The translations under genes were made by a program, and so were the position numbers. From NCBI GenBank assembly GCA_951406725.2, contig OX597828.1, positions 26,660,001 through 26,724,000 on the forward strand: 64,000 bases of DNA. The letters are read 5' to 3'. The notes beneath the pieces were generated by a model that saw nothing but the letters and a program-made list of their open reading frames with translations, did no database searches and was not told the DNA's origin. Below, piece by piece: positions 29,611 to 43,530 of this stretch (position 1 is the stretch's first letter; every line of letters starts with the position of its first letter). The stretch comes from Octopus vulgaris (Eukaryota).

Positions 29611-30010
29611 TCTCTCTCTTTTACTTGTTTCAGTCATTTGATTGTGGCCATGCTGGAGCACTGCCTTTAGTCGAGCAAATCGACCCCGGGACTTATTCTT
29701 TGTAAGCCCAGTACTTATTCTATCGGTCTCTTTTGCCAAACCGCTAAGTGACGGGGACGTAAACACACCAGCATCAGTTTTCAAGCAATGCTAGGGGGAC
29801 AAACACAGACACACATACATATATATCTATATATATATACATATATACGACAGGCTTCTTTCAGTTTCCGTCTACCAAATCCACTCACAAGGCATTGGTC
29901 AGCCTGAGGCTATAGCAGAAGACACTTGCCCAAGGTGCCACGCAGTGGGACTGAACCCGGAACCATGTGGTTGGTAAGCAAGCTACTTACCACACAGCCA
30001 CTCCTGCGCC
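29611..30010 (-). mobile_element. tRNA-derived SINE family A, full-length
   Basis: Minus strand starts ggcgcaggagtggctgtgtggtaag (A box) ... gggttcagtccc (B box-like), CORE-like gcaccttgggcaagtgtctt, internal (TA)n, gtaaaagagaga tail. Confidence 0.92.
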
Positions 30011-30470
30011 TATGAATATAGATTATATTAATGATTAGCAAAGGCAGCAAGGTGACAGACAAAATACTTTGCTGCATTTCTTCTGGTTTTACATTCTGAT
30101 TTCAAAGACTGCCAAGATAGACTTTACCTTTTATCCTTTCAGTGTCAATAAAATAAGTACCAGTCAGGCGACACTGGGGCTGATCTAATCAACTGGTTTC
30201 CTCCCACAATGTATTCGGCCATATGCGTAGAGTTGAAAGAATACTAATGATATAACATAGGATGGATGACAAAGAAAATTCTGCAAGTTCTACTATAAGT
30301 TTTATGGAGATTACCCACTCAAAAACATCCCCAAAGAGCTAGCTTAAACCATTAATTGACATGGCTGCAGTCTATTGACTGAAACAAGTGAAGAATAGGA
30401 GATAAAGACACACATATTAAGACTTCTTCTCTACAAAAATCTATCATTTGAACATATACAGGTAACACAT

Positions 30471-31067
30471 TAATAGTTATCGCCAAGCTAACATGGCAGT
30501 CCAGAAAAATAGGACGAATGCTGCCGTTGATTAGCTCTAAGAGGCTATTGCCTCGAGCTAGCTATGTGACACATGAACCTGTGTCCATTATAACCTTCGA
30601 ACAGGGGAGGTCAGCCGCTTCCCCTTGCTAGTCTGGCATCTACAGACTAGTTTCAGGGTATTTACCCCTTATCAATGTAGAGCAGCCGAACCCACTAGGT
30701 TCGAAGGATCATTTACCTAAAATTCAGTGGAATACATCCACTGGTTTTCAAAAGTAGAAATATTAATATATCTAAGTCTCTCTAGAGGATACTACGGCAG
30801 CAGTACTGGATACTAATAGTTATCACCAAGCTAAAATGGCAATCCAGAAAAATAGGACGAGTCCAGCAAGAGGAAGCGGCTGACCTCCCCTGTTTGAAGG
30901 TTATAATGGACACAGGTTCATGTGTCACATAGCTAATTAGAGGCGATGGCCTCTTGGAGCTAATCAACAGCAGCATTTGTCCTATTTTTCTGGACTGCCA
31001 TGTTAGCTTGGTGATAACTTAATATCCAGTACCGCTGCCGTAGTCTCCTTTAGAGAGACTTAGATAT
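30471..31067. mobile_element. Penelope-like pseudo-LTR cluster with direct and inverted partial copies
   Basis: 30814-30860 directly repeats 30471-30517; 30865-31019 inverts 30476-30630; 31021-31067 inverts 30768-30813; carries a minimal hammerhead motif. Confidence 0.7.
30639..30681 (-). ncRNA. Minimal type I hammerhead ribozyme motif (U3-A8 core variant)
   Basis: Minus strand TCTACA-TTGATAA-GGGGTA-AA-TACCCT-GAAAC-TA-GTC-TGTAGA: 6-bp stem I, 6-bp stem II, very short stem III with palindromic CTAG, GUC site. Confidence 0.7.
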
Positions 31068-31440
31068 CTCTCTCTTTTACTTGTTTCAGTCATTTGACTG
31101 CGGCCATGCTGGAGCACCACCTTTAGTTGAACACATCGACCCCGGGACTTATTCTTTGTAAGCCTAGTACTTATTCTATCGGTCTCTTTTGCCGAACCGC
31201 TAAGTGACGGGGACATAAACACACCAGCATCAGTTGTCAAGCAATGCTAGGCGGACAAACACACACACATATATGTACATATATACGACAGGCTTCTTTC
31301 AGTTTCCATCTACCAAATCCACTCACAAGGCTTTGGTCAGCCCAAGGCTATAGTAGAAGACACTTGCCCAAGGTGCCACGCAGTGGGACTGAACCTGGAA
31401 CCATGTGGTTGGTAAGCAAGCTACTTACCACACAGCCACT
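31067..31440 (-). mobile_element. tRNA-derived SINE family A, near full-length
   Basis: High similarity to 29611-30010. Confidence 0.92.
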
Positions 31441-32144
31441 GGGAACAACATTGTTTTAGCAGAATCTTTGGTTTCACAGGCTTTTGCTGTTAACTGATTT
31501 TTTTGAACTAGGGTTGGTCACTTTGGTCAACACACAAAATTCAACAAACTAGTAGAACCCATGTAAATTCCACAGAATGGAAAAAATTAAGAGGACCTAT
31601 TTTTTTTTTATAGCATTCATTGTTTAGCTTTCTTTTGAATATTCTTGACATTCATCTACTTTCGTTTCCTCATGTATCCGTCGGTGTTGTCTTTTTTTCC
31701 TATTTTTATTATATCTTCTTGCTGTTCCTCTATATCTGTGCATCCTTTCTTGGGCAGCTTGCAATCATGTTTCTTGGGAATCCAGAGTTTAGGCTAAGTT
31801 AACCCTTATAAACAAGTATCAATTTTTTGAGTAGACTACAAACAATTGCACTTATGCATTAAGCAATGGTTGCAAAAAAAAGATGTTGGATGAATAAAAA
31901 AAATTTTCACATCACCCCCACGACCTACCTCTCTCTTTCTTTCTCTCTCCCCCTCTCTGCCTCCCCTATCCACCTCTCCACTTTTCCTTTCAGCTAACTT
32001 TTTAATCACAGAAGTATTCCTTCCCCTCCTCATTGCACATCATTACCTCTTCTCTCTTCCTCTTTTCCTCTCTCCCTCTTTTTCTCTCATTCTTCACCTC
32101 TATTTTCAGCTGACCACATGACACATTTGGCCTAAGTGTATTAA

Positions 32145-32350
32145 CCCTTTCATTACTGTATTTATTTTGAGATGCTCTGTGTTTCTTTCAATTATTTTAA
32201 ATATAACAAAGAATTTAGTAAATTAACTTCGTTATCATTAAGCTAGTGTTAGGAACACAAATTTTAACTAAGATTTGGAGGAAGATTTGAATTCAAAACA
32301 TTTATACTAAAGAGCCAGAGCCGGTTTCAGCTGGGTTGGTAACGAAAGGG
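32145..32350. mobile_element. piggyBac-like MITE family P2, 206 bp
   Basis: TTAA|CCCTTTCATTAC ... GTAACGAAAGGG|TTAA: 11/12 TIR match, CCC/GGG termini, TTAA TSD. Confidence 0.85.
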
Positions 32351-33639
32351 TTAATATTAATCACTTTTCTACTTCTTCCTCTCCTTTCTTTACTCCTCTC
32401 ACTCACTCCACCTCCACCTCTCTAATGTATAACAAGCTAATGTTATATAATATTATATAAAAATTAAATTTATTTGAAGAATTAAATGAAATACAGGTAC
32501 CTGTACATTAGTATAAATGAAACGAGTTTATTAAAACTGTATTACTTTTGGTACCAGTGAAATAGCCAGGTAACCTGACGTTTCTGCTCATAAACTGGAG
32601 CAGATTATAAGAGTTTCCAGACCATCCGTGTCCAGGGAGTTGGTGTTGTACCTGTATAATTTTTAAAAGAAATTAAGAACAGTTATTAATTTTAAATATT
32701 GATCTCTAATGATTTCTATATTGATTTTTAGTCTTCCTTTTAGAACAAAAGTAACCTGGTTCCATCCTTTTCTCTTGAAATAATTGCTTTGTTTGTTTCT
32801 AATGAAGCAGCTCTATGATCAAAGATGTTCCAGAAATGGCCAACTTGTCTTATTTTCAAAGTGCATTACTATCACACATTATCCATCAGATTTTTATATT
32901 TTATTTTTTTAAGTAGTGAAAAGGATTTGGTTTGGAAATATTCTTCTTGCTCTTTCTAGTGGCAAAATTTACCACATAGATGCCCTCGTTAGCTGAACAT
33001 TTAGATGAAGTCTTCAATGATAAAATCATTTTGTGTGGTGATGTTGATGATTCAAGAGTGGTAGAAAGAGGACTAGATATGATAGTGGTATACACTTGCA
33101 AAGAGAAAGTAGCAGAAAGTGTGGTAGGTTTAAGGTACACTTGCAAAGAGAGAGTAGGAGAAAGTGTGGTAATAGCATGAGTAAAGCATTTGAAATGAGA
33201 GAGGCAAATCGTAAAATATTTACTTTTCTTGAATTTTTGCTTAATTGGGGGTCAAATTGAAAAAACTTTATATGCCATGACCCAATTGAATCTACTTCGA
33301 AAAATCATAGGTAAATTCCAATTGAAGAAATTCTATATTGTAGAATTGTATTAAAAACGAACATGGTAACTGTTCGTTTTTATCATAAGAGATACAAACA
33401 AATGTGAAGGGTTTTGTAAAAAAAAGCTTTTGAGTGCTGAAATGTTTACGATTGCAAGTTTGTTATATGGAATTTTTAAAATAATTATTTCCAACTCCCA
33501 CAATATTTTTGTTTTTTTTATATTTATAATCTTTGAAATTTTTAGAATATTTCTGAACAGGTTGATTGTTAACACTTAGAAAAAGAATTTATGCATATGT
33601 GTGTGTATATATTTTATCTATTTATATACACATGCATAA

Positions 33640-33808
33640 AAGTGCCCATGCAGTGCCATGTAAAAAGCACCCAGCATACTCTGTAAAGTGGTTGGCATGT
33701 TAGGAAGGGCATCAGATTGGAGCCTGGTGCAGCTCCCCAGCTGACTTGCTCTGGTCACACCATCCAACCCATGTCAGCATGGACAACAGATGTTAAACGA
33801 TGATGATA
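33640..33808 (+). mobile_element. RTE-tail repeat (family R), decayed
   Basis: gtaaaaagcacc...ttaggaagggcatc...ccaacccatg..agcatgga...gatgatgat; further decayed copies at about 41490-41670 (-), 44428-44628 (+), 47331-47468 (-) and 53093-53243 (-). Confidence 0.75.
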
Positions 33809-34912
33809 TATAATTATCTTTTAATGTCTGTTTTCCTTGCTATCCCCCTCCTATGCATTATATACGTTTGTGTCTCCTCAATGCATACCTATCGTATATA
33901 AATGAATATAGATAACAAATCAGATTTTAATAGATACCCTTTGTTTTTTGAGACAACTGCAAAGAGGGGACATACATTCTAAATGTACCCTAGTTTGGTC
34001 ATGTAGTGTTAATAAACACTACATGCACCACTTGCTTCAGCACTAGGTGTCACCTCTCATATTTGTATGTGTGAAGTTGCATGGCTTAAAGATTCGGGCA
34101 TTCAACTCCTGATTATAAAGTCATGAATTTGATATGGTGACACATTGTGTCTATGAATGGGATGCTTTTATTTCACTTTGCTCCCATCCACTCAGCTGGC
34201 AAAAATGAATAGTACTTGTATTTTAAAGGGCTAGCCTTGTTGTATTCTGTCAGCCTAGAATCGAATAAGTTATAGACTTGAAAAGAAAAAGGAAGAAAAA
34301 GTAGGGTCTGATGTTAATTTGTTTATCCTTCAAAGTGGTGCCCCAGCATGGCCACAGTCCAATGACTGAAACCAGTAAAAGATAAACAGTTGCTATGAAA
34401 TTCACATTTTCTCTACAAATGAGATGGAGATTGACTATTCTGACCCAGGTTACAATCTTTTTACTTGTTTCAGTCATTGGTCTGTGGCCATGCTGGGGCA
34501 CTGCCTTGAATTGTTTTAGTTGAACAAATCAATCTCGATGTTTATTTTTAAAGCGTGGTACTTATTTTGTTAGCCTCTTTCATTGAACTGCCAGGTTGTG
34601 AGGACATCAACATACCAAATTCAGTTACAAGGCTTCGGTTGGTCTGTGGCTATAGCAGAAGATATTTGCTCAAGATGTCTCATAGTGGGATGGAACTCAA
34701 AAGCTTCTTAACCACACAGCCATCGTATGTGTGTATGTGTGCATGTATAGACATGTATCTTTATGCAAGGTGCTAAGCTTGCAGAATCGTTAGCACACTG
34801 GACAAAATGTTTCGTGGTGTTTCTCCTGGCATTCTAAGTTGAAATAACACCAAGGTCAACTTTCATCCTTTTGGAGTCAATAAAATAAGTACCAGTTATA
34901 TATAAATAAAAA

Positions 34913-35155
34913 TGTTCCTTCTCGAGCCATGCCAGGCTCATAAGGGCTGGTTTCAGTGGCGTAGAAAATCCCCACCTGGACGGGGCACCGGTCCGTCACA
35001 GGATTACTTATTTTTGCCAGCCAAGTAAGTGGACTGGAGCAACATGAAATGAAGTGTTTTGCTCAAGAACACAATGCATTGCCCGGTCCAGGAATCGAAA
35101 CCACAACCTTACAATCGTGAGTTCAACACCCTAACCACTAAACCACGCGCTTCCA
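34913..35155 (-). mobile_element. tRNA-derived SINE family D inserted into a family C copy
   Basis: Minus strand tggaagcgcgtggtttagtggttagggtgttgaactcacgattgtaaggttgtggtttcgattcc (tRNA-like head); family C sequence lies before (34775-34897) and resumes after (35156-35237). Relatives at about 34070-34250 (+), 41170-41480 (+) and 62670-62960 (-). Confidence 0.78.
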
Positions 35156-36199
35156 TACCAGGTATATACTTGGATCAATGTAATCAAGTATCCCCCTACT
35201 CTAAAAATTTCAGGCCTTGCCTTTATAGTAGAAAGATTAGTTGTAGGGATCGTGTGTGTGACATAGTTTCAGGTTAATTTCTGCTGCATGACATCTGGAG
35301 CATGCATCTTTTACTGTAGAACTAGGGCCACCCAAAGCCATGTGAGTGAGTTTGATAGACAAAAACTGAAGGAAGCCCTTATAAATGTGTGTGTGTGTGT
35401 GCGTCACATTGTGTTCCCATCTCAAACAAAACGTCACTTTCAGAGAAGCAGTGTTGTTGGCTTGTAGTCTTTCTTATGCCTGTCCGTTGTGTTGTTCATA
35501 TCCAACAAACAAGTTTGGGAAATATTACCTAATTTGGAAACACGAGAAGGTTGGTGATGGGAAGAGCACCCCATCGAAGAAAGATCTTCCTCAAAGATTT
35601 TTGCCTCAGCCATGCAAGTGTGGGACATCTAATCAGATATTACCTAATTAAGATCTTAGTAACTAATTATTCCATGTGAATAGAGCAAACTTGTAAAACC
35701 TACTATTGGTGTCATTCTGTTGTAAACCACTGTAGAAGAAAACTTAGCTTATTATAAAGCATAGTTTAGAAGACAGATTCATTTACAATTCTTCAGATTA
35801 TTTTTGCTCTCTCTCTGTGTGTGCGTGTGTATATGTATTCAGTTTCAACTTTATATTAACTGAATATCGTTTCCAATCCTGCAGGCAACTGTCTAGACTA
35901 TTCCAACTGCATTTTAATTAACTCATAATTGATTGCTACGGCATGCAGTGGATATTCTATATGGACTTGCATTCTTTGACTGGTTTCACTTGCATAACTA
36001 TAGACATGTTGAGACAAGCTTCAAGGGTTTTTGTTGATTCTATCAACCTTAGGATTTCCTCTGATACTTTCTATTCCGATCAGATTTCCTGTTTTCATTT
36101 ATCTTTTCACACTGTACAGAATTCAAAATAGGAACTTCTGTCGTATAGCTTTCCATCCATTTTTGCTGCCTGCTGTTCCTGAAAGGGTCATGGGAGTAG

Positions 36200-36440
36200 A
36201 GTTTTCTTTGGGGACCTATCTGAAGCAACCCACATTACACCTTGTTGCTGGATTTCCAAGCATGACCAACTAACACTATGGATGTTTATCCAACCATCTC
36301 ATTCTTGGTCTGCCCATAGGTCCCCTGCCAGTTGGCTAGGCATGAAGAATCGACCTTGTGATTTTTTTTTTTCCTGAGGCAGTCTTAGCAAATATGTGTT
36401 ATTACTGGAGCTGCGACCCCAATCAGGAGAACCGGATTGA
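36200..36440 (-). mobile_element. Old RTE-type LINE C-terminal fragment
   Basis: Minus strand gives RLPQEK..ITRSILHA*PTGRGPMGRPRMRWLD, the G.R..GRP..RW.D motif at the end of RTE ORF2, with stops and frameshifts. Confidence 0.7.
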
Positions 36441-37148
36441 TGTGTGCAACCATTGTGGAAATGCTATCACAATCTGTGGTTGTGTGATCAGCTCACTGAT
36501 ATTGGCAGACATAGTGCTACTTGACTCATTAGAAGATTATCTCTAGCATGTACTGAATAGATCACAGCATTGACTCTGAAAATAATAGTCAAATCCCCCT
36601 CATCGCTCTACATTTTACTTCTAGTTTTTGCTTTTTATTTTGTAAATGACTTGTGCTAATTTCCTTTTAGGTCCCTAAATCTTAACGGGTGGCAGTATGA
36701 GAGAGGGGTGTGAGTCATGGATGGAAATGTCAATCAATCAACTCTCTGCTGTTATTGAATATAGGTTTTTGATTGCTCCATTTTATTTACTTTCTGAAAA
36801 GGACTCAATCAAATTAACTGACCCTCTTCTTTTGTGGTTCATGATAACACATTCATCATTTTTTACATTCAACATCTGCTTAGCTAAGTTGAAGTAGTTT
36901 ATGGGACTCACCCTAACCACATGTCACCATGCCAACAGTGTTTTTTTTCCTCTTTTTCTTTGCTTTTTTTTTTTTTTGACCATATATTTACTGCCCTGTT
37001 TGCTGAGTTTATCCTTCTTTATTCACTGATATTGTCCCTGCAAGAAATGAAAGCAATGAAACTATAGCATATCTCGAGCTCTGAAGCATACAAGGTATGG
37101 ATACATGGTTGTGATTTATGTAGCTTCAGGTACCATCTCATGGAATAA

Positions 37149-37323
37149 GATCCGTGGAATAAGCTGCCGGACAAGATAGTGAAGATGCTGACGACCGCTC
37201 GGTTCAAAGTTTCTCTTGACCAGAAATGGCCTGAACTCTTTGCATGAACACCCCTGTACATAACTCCATGTCCCCCTACATGGCCTTGCTTTTTGCTTTA
37301 TGAGCTAAAAAATTAACTTAACT
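37149..37323 (+). mobile_element. 5'-truncated CR1-type LINE 3' end
   Basis: Frame 37149-37247 DPWNKLPDKIVKMLTTARFKVSLDQKWPELFA* matches the WN.LP..V....FK..LD..W motif; short 3' UTR ending in taact-like repeats. Confidence 0.82.
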
Positions 37324-39328
37324 ATGGTATGATTCTTTGGGCAACTTGCCATCTATCATAGCAATCTTAGATTGACCAAAGAACCTGTTAGTGAAATTTT
37401 GTTGATGGATACTGTATGAAAACTCATTAGGACTTGATGTTTTTGGTTTGTAGGCTCAACCCTTTAGCATTTAAACCAGCTATATCTACCACAAATATGC
37501 CATCTGTATTATGCTGAAATTGACCAAATCTGGCCTCTCACCCACTCCCAATAATTACATTATAATTTGGAAGCTACAAGATAATGCAAGATTAATTCAA
37601 AACCATATGGTTAAATACACATTGCATTTGAGTGTTATCTGTATGCTTATGGGTTAATCCACTGTCCACCATATCACTGCTACAAAGACCTTGGTTGGGA
37701 CAAATAACTGGACTGAGGTTCACTTCCACCCTTCTTATCAGCCTTAAAAAAAATGGCTTTGTGGGGTGTCATTATTTCTCATTTTGAGCTATTTAGAGGA
37801 ATAGATACTGTAAAATGGCTATTGCAGGCAACATTCTCAGACAACTTGTAATATTAATAATGAAAGAAAATGGAATTTTTATTCCCTAAGGAATAAAATG
37901 ATAAACCCTTTCATTGAAAGATTCTATCATTTAAGATATAACCCTTCTTTTACAGACTCCTTCATTGGAGGGAGAAATGTGACATATGAAAGCATGCACA
38001 TTCAGACACCTACATACATACACACACACATGTATGCACACCTACAAGCTACACTCAAAGCTCCATGAAGTTGTAATTGAAGACAAAAGCCAAACTTCAC
38101 TGAAAATGAATGCTAACCTCTTAAACCCTGAGGGCTGCATCATCCTGGGGGTAGGGAAAAACAGGAAAAGGATTGATGAGGTTGAAGTCTCTTTGTCAAC
38201 AGGTCTACTCAGTCAAGGTTGACTTGGAACTAAGCAACTACAAAACTAGGTACAAGTAAATACTTACATATATCAAAGACTCTATTTTCCCTGAGTGTCA
38301 AACTAATACACTTTGTTGTTCCCTCACCTGTCTCTTTTTTTTTTTTTTTTTTTTTTTTGTACGATTTGATGTAAAATTGAATAAATACCCCAAAGATAAA
38401 AGTTGGTTCAGGGCACCAATAATACAAACCCACCTGAAACTACTTTTGATCCCATGAAAAAAAATTGTAATGCTTATTTATTCACATTGTTTTTGAATTA
38501 ATCATGCATTATCTTCTACCTTAGAGATTTTTATGGCGCATTTATTTTCAGGATGGCATTGTGAAGTAGGTATGATAGGCCAGATCTAGTCAGTTGAACA
38601 AAAAACAGGTAGAGAGGCTGGTTTATATGTTAAAGGATTAAAATGATAAAAATTCATACCAGCCATCAAAATTTCATGCTAATTTATGTTTCAATTAGTA
38701 TTTAATTAAAAAACAAAAAAATTGAAATAACGACTATTTCAATAGACTATGGTAATATAAGGATTAAGTAGTTAACAAATTGGTAATTTACGAGTGAAAA
38801 TGGTCTTTGCATTTTCAGCCCTTATTAAGAGGCTTGTTTGTTGTTTCACTTTTGTTGTTGTGTTGGGAATGGCTTGAACACCACGACATCTGATTATTAT
38901 TTTTATTTATTTTTTTTTTTTTGAAATAAATAAAATGCAAAGTCTTTTGTACTTTGTTGAAACAAGTACTCTATCTCGGCTATTAATTCCAGCAACTTAT
39001 TACCTTTTGCAAAGAACAAGAACATGAACAAAAAAAAAAAAAAAGATTCTTAGAAATTAGGTTAAAGAAAAACCAGCAGAAAGAAAATGGATGTCTATGT
39101 TGTGGATGGATCATTTACATACAATTGTAGCATATTTATTCAATGTAATAATTATATTCCACACACACACACACACACACAATGAAGCAGAATTGGTTTC
39201 CTTGTTTATTTAATTCTATAGGCTCATTTATGTCCTACTTTTACGATCTTGTTTTTATTTTAAACTTTAATTATTTAGTTCTGTTTTCTATGATCATCCA
39301 TACATAATATATATATACATATATATAT

Positions 39329-39359
<31 letters not shown>

Positions 39360-39556
39360 CCATCCATCCACATCCACACACCCACGTATGTACTTGAGTT
39401 TATATGTGAGTGTATGTGATATTTATGTATTGTCTGTAATATATTTGAATAATGCATGAAATATTCTCTTGATACCATTCATTGTTTCCCCCCCACCCCT
39501 TCTGTATATCCCCCGTTCCCCCACCTTTCAACCCTTTCCTATCCTTTTTTTTGCTT

Positions 39557-39587
<31 letters not shown>

Positions 39588-40343
39588 TTTCCCCAACTCC
39601 ATCCTTTCTGTTTCCACAGGAAATCATTAATATGTATGGATGTGCAATAACATTCATTGACTTTCTCCTTAATCTGCCAACAGGCTTTTGAAAATACCAT
39701 AATTTGTCATTTTTAACCATTTTTGCCACCCACCTTCTCACAGTTTTTGGGAGGTAAAAATATCTTCCTTTTTAAAGAAAAAGAAAAGGTCTATCTACCA
39801 TTTCATTTTCCCCTCTTTTCCCGCCTTTGTCTCTCCATCTATTTCTCTCCCCGCTCCTTAAATTTTCACAGACGCTGCTTGCAATGAAGGTGGTGGTAGG
39901 AGTGTCAAATATTAAAAATTATTTAACAAGTTGTTCCATCGTTCGCACCAATATAATTCTTGTGACATCTACGTACTAATTTTCTTCTCGTTTACTGTAA
40001 AAGAAATTTAATAAACACTTAAAAAAAAAAAGTCAATACATTTCTTAACATTTATCTGATGCGTGTATTTATGTGCAATGATACACACACATTTATGTAT
40101 GTGCATGTTTGTAATTATATACCCAATTATACACATAAATATGCATTGTGTGCACATAAAGGAATTTTATGTGCATAGATGTGTATGTATGTATGTTTGA
40201 GAGATAATGTCCATTTGTGTATCTGTATATATAAGTATGAGTTAATGTGTGTTTTTGTGTGAAATAGGAACTGTTTGTGTGTGTGTGTGTATGTAAAATA
40301 GGCCTATTTGTAATTGCCTCTATGAAGCTGTGTATATGTGCTT

Positions 40344-40380
<37 letters not shown>

Positions 40381-42190
40381 AATATACATGCATATATTAT
40401 GGACAAAATCCATCTCCTACATAAATAGGTATGTGTAATTTGACATTCCACCTTGTTTGTGTATATATGTGTGGGGTGGGGTGGGGTAGCTGGATTATTT
40501 TCTGCCAACAATTTAAAAAAAAAACAAAAAAAACTCCCAAAAATATGAATTATTTTTATCATGTTTTCTGCAGAAAAACAAAAACCTTAGTGAAAACTAA
40601 AAGTGACTTAATTTGAATATTCAGGAATTCAATAATAATAATAATAATAATAATAATAATTGTAGATGTTAGAATTAAGTATCCATTTTCTTTCATAGTT
40701 TAAAAATTTCATTTTAAATGCATACAATGCTTGTGTGTTTGGAACTTTTCGCATTTGTATTATTTCAACGCTTTTTTTTTTTTATATTATTGTTTTTATT
40801 TAATGACTAATAGCAATTTTATTAATTAATATTTCATATATTTACACTGTTATTCTTGTATTATATTTATTCTAGTCTTTTTTTTTTTTTTTTTACTTCA
40901 CTTATAAATCTATTTTTCATCTGTTCCAAATTTTGAACATCACTTAAATATTATCAGGTAACACACACACATCCACTCTCTCTCTCTCTCTCTCTCTCTC
41001 GTATGCATGTTTACTGATCCTCATGTGCACGCATTTATTCACAAGCACATTCATGCATGATCATTTGGGTAGACACTTCATACATTCATCAGGCGTTACA
41101 TGTACAAAGTCTCTGGGGTGTTTGCTTACAAAGTCATACATATATATACACACCTCATTGTTTAGTCAAAGCACATAGCTTAGTGATTAGGGTTTTTGGG
41201 TCACATTTGTAAGGTGAGTACGATACCCAATGGCACATTCTGTCCTTGAGCAAGACACTTTATTTCATTGTTTCGGTCCACTCAGCTGGTGAAAATGAGT
41301 TGTAATTCAAAAGGCCCAGCCCTGTCACATTGTGTCCTGCTGAATATACTTGAGAACTACATTAGCAATATGTATGTCCGAGGAGTGCTTAGACACTTGC
41401 ATGTTAATTCAGTGAGCAGGCTGTTGCGCTGATTGGATCTACTGGAACCCCTTTATTGTTGTAACTGACCCAGTGTCAGTTGATACACCACTTTAATGTG
41501 TTATCCATGCTGGTATGGGTTGGACATTTCAGCAGGAGCTGATGAGCCAGAGGACTGTATCAAACCCTAATGTCTCCTTCAGCATGGTTTTTACAGCTGG
41601 ATGCCCTTCCTGCTGCCAACCACTTTACAATGTTTTGGGTGCTCTTTGACATGGTACTAACACCAGAGATATAGAGTTACTTACTTGACAAGACCCCTCC
41701 CTCACCCCGGGTGTGAGATAGTATTGATTAGAGATGGCTTTATGCCAGGGAATAAGAGGGACAGCTGTAGGAAGACATATAATTGTTATTACCTGTTGGA
41801 AAAAAAAAAGATGGGGGTGAAAATGTCTGGTTGCACCCTTAAGTTACATGAATGTGAATATAAGTGAAACGGGATGGGTAAATATGGTCGTGGAAGGGTG
41901 AGGGACAGATATTATTTTTGTTCTTTTTCCTTGTTTTCAGTCTGTGGCCATGTTGGAGCATGTCTTGAAAAGTTTAGTCAGATTGGTCCCAGTACTTAGT
42001 TTAAAGCCTGCTGTTTATTCTTTGCATTTCTCTTTACTGAACGCTCCAAGTTGCAGAATGTAAACAAACCAACACCACTTGTGAAGTAATGGTGGAGGGC
42101 AAACACATATATACACAACGGGCCTCTTTCAGTTTCCATCTGTCCAATCTTCATGAGACTTTGGTTGGCTTGGGTCTTTAGCAGAAGATA

Positions 42191-42416
42191 CTTATTTCTT
42201 TACTACCCACAAGGGGCTAAACATAGAGGGGACAGACAAACAGATTAAGTCGATTACATCCATCCCCAGTGCATAACTGGTACTTAATTTATCGACCCCG
42301 AAAGGATGAAAAGCAAAGTCGACCTCAGTGGAATTTGAACTCAGAACATAACAGCAGACAAAATACGGCTACACATTTCGCCCAGCGTGCTAACGTTTCT
42401 GCCAGTTCGCCGCCTT
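42191..42416 (-). mobile_element. SINE family C (Nin-domain-like), well-preserved copy
   Basis: Reverse complement of the 24207 element; lies next to a decayed family A copy (41925-42190). Confidence 0.85.
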
Positions 42417-43530
42417 CAGTAATCTTTAGTAGGAGATACTTGCTGAAGGTAAAGTTCTTCTACTTGGATATCTTGGCATTTTACTTGACTGTCTTTGCCC
42501 TCCACCACCTTTACCTGTCCATGTCAATGTTATGTCCTCTCTCTCTCTCTCTCTCTCTCATGCAGTACATTACGCTGTCAGGTTCCTCTAAGAAAAGCAT
42601 CGTCAGAGTTCCTTGGTAAGGTTGGGGTAGTTGTTATTTAATTTGAACTGTTGTATGACTTGAACTAGCTGGTTGTGCGTTGGAAAGCCACCAGTTGCTC
42701 TGTAGAAGGGTATGAACGCCTGACACACATTTACTACAGCCGACAAAAGACCCTATACATTGTTGCTCAAAACCTGCAAGAAATGGTAGTCAAATCTCCC
42801 TCAGCACCTCATTACCTACTGTCTTAAAGGCAAGACAGATTGGGCTGTGTGAACTAGTGGCATGCTGTTTGTCATAAGGTCTGTTCAAAGAAAGTGGACT
42901 TAGGGGGCTAAACTACCGTTATTTACTGAACCACCACTTTTACTTTAGATACAGTATTGACTGTGAGAGAGGTTAACTCTGATAAAGGTTTTCCTCTTGC
43001 GTTCTTTTAAAATTTTTTTTGTCTTAGCTCGATAACTTTTATCTATCTTTACCTAATCTTGCTTATCTTGATGTTTTGCAATCGTTTTGTCAATATTGTC
43101 ATGGATTTAGATAAATCATTGAACACCTCTATCAATTTACTGAACTGCAGAAGGAGGAGGCAAAAGGCAAAAAAGAAAACAAAAAAAAATTAAGGTCCTG
43201 TAACCATTGATTTCATGGTTGAGGGGTTAACATTAGAAAGAATACCATGCAGTAAAAAGAGGAAATTCTGTAGCAATATTTGATATGCAGAGACCCTTGT
43301 ATCAGTTTTCTTGCTTTATACTGCCTATTTTTTTTTTAATCCGTTAGTTTTTTTTTTTGTGATGGTGGGTATTCTAGATAACTGGAAGTGAATTGCAACT
43401 TGCATGTTTTACACTCACCCCCTGGATTAGATAAGTTGCTTTGTGTAATGCCAAAAATAGTAGGATATTGGACCTTGGTGGCATTTGCTTATGTTCTGAG
43501 TTCAAATCCTCCTGTTTAGGTCTTTCATAT

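Noticed and set aside
32980-33180. ORF containing KIILCGDVD, reminiscent of the APE endonuclease GDFN motif, plus a ~36-bp direct repeat
   Set aside because: Single weak motif with no other endonuclease motifs nearby.
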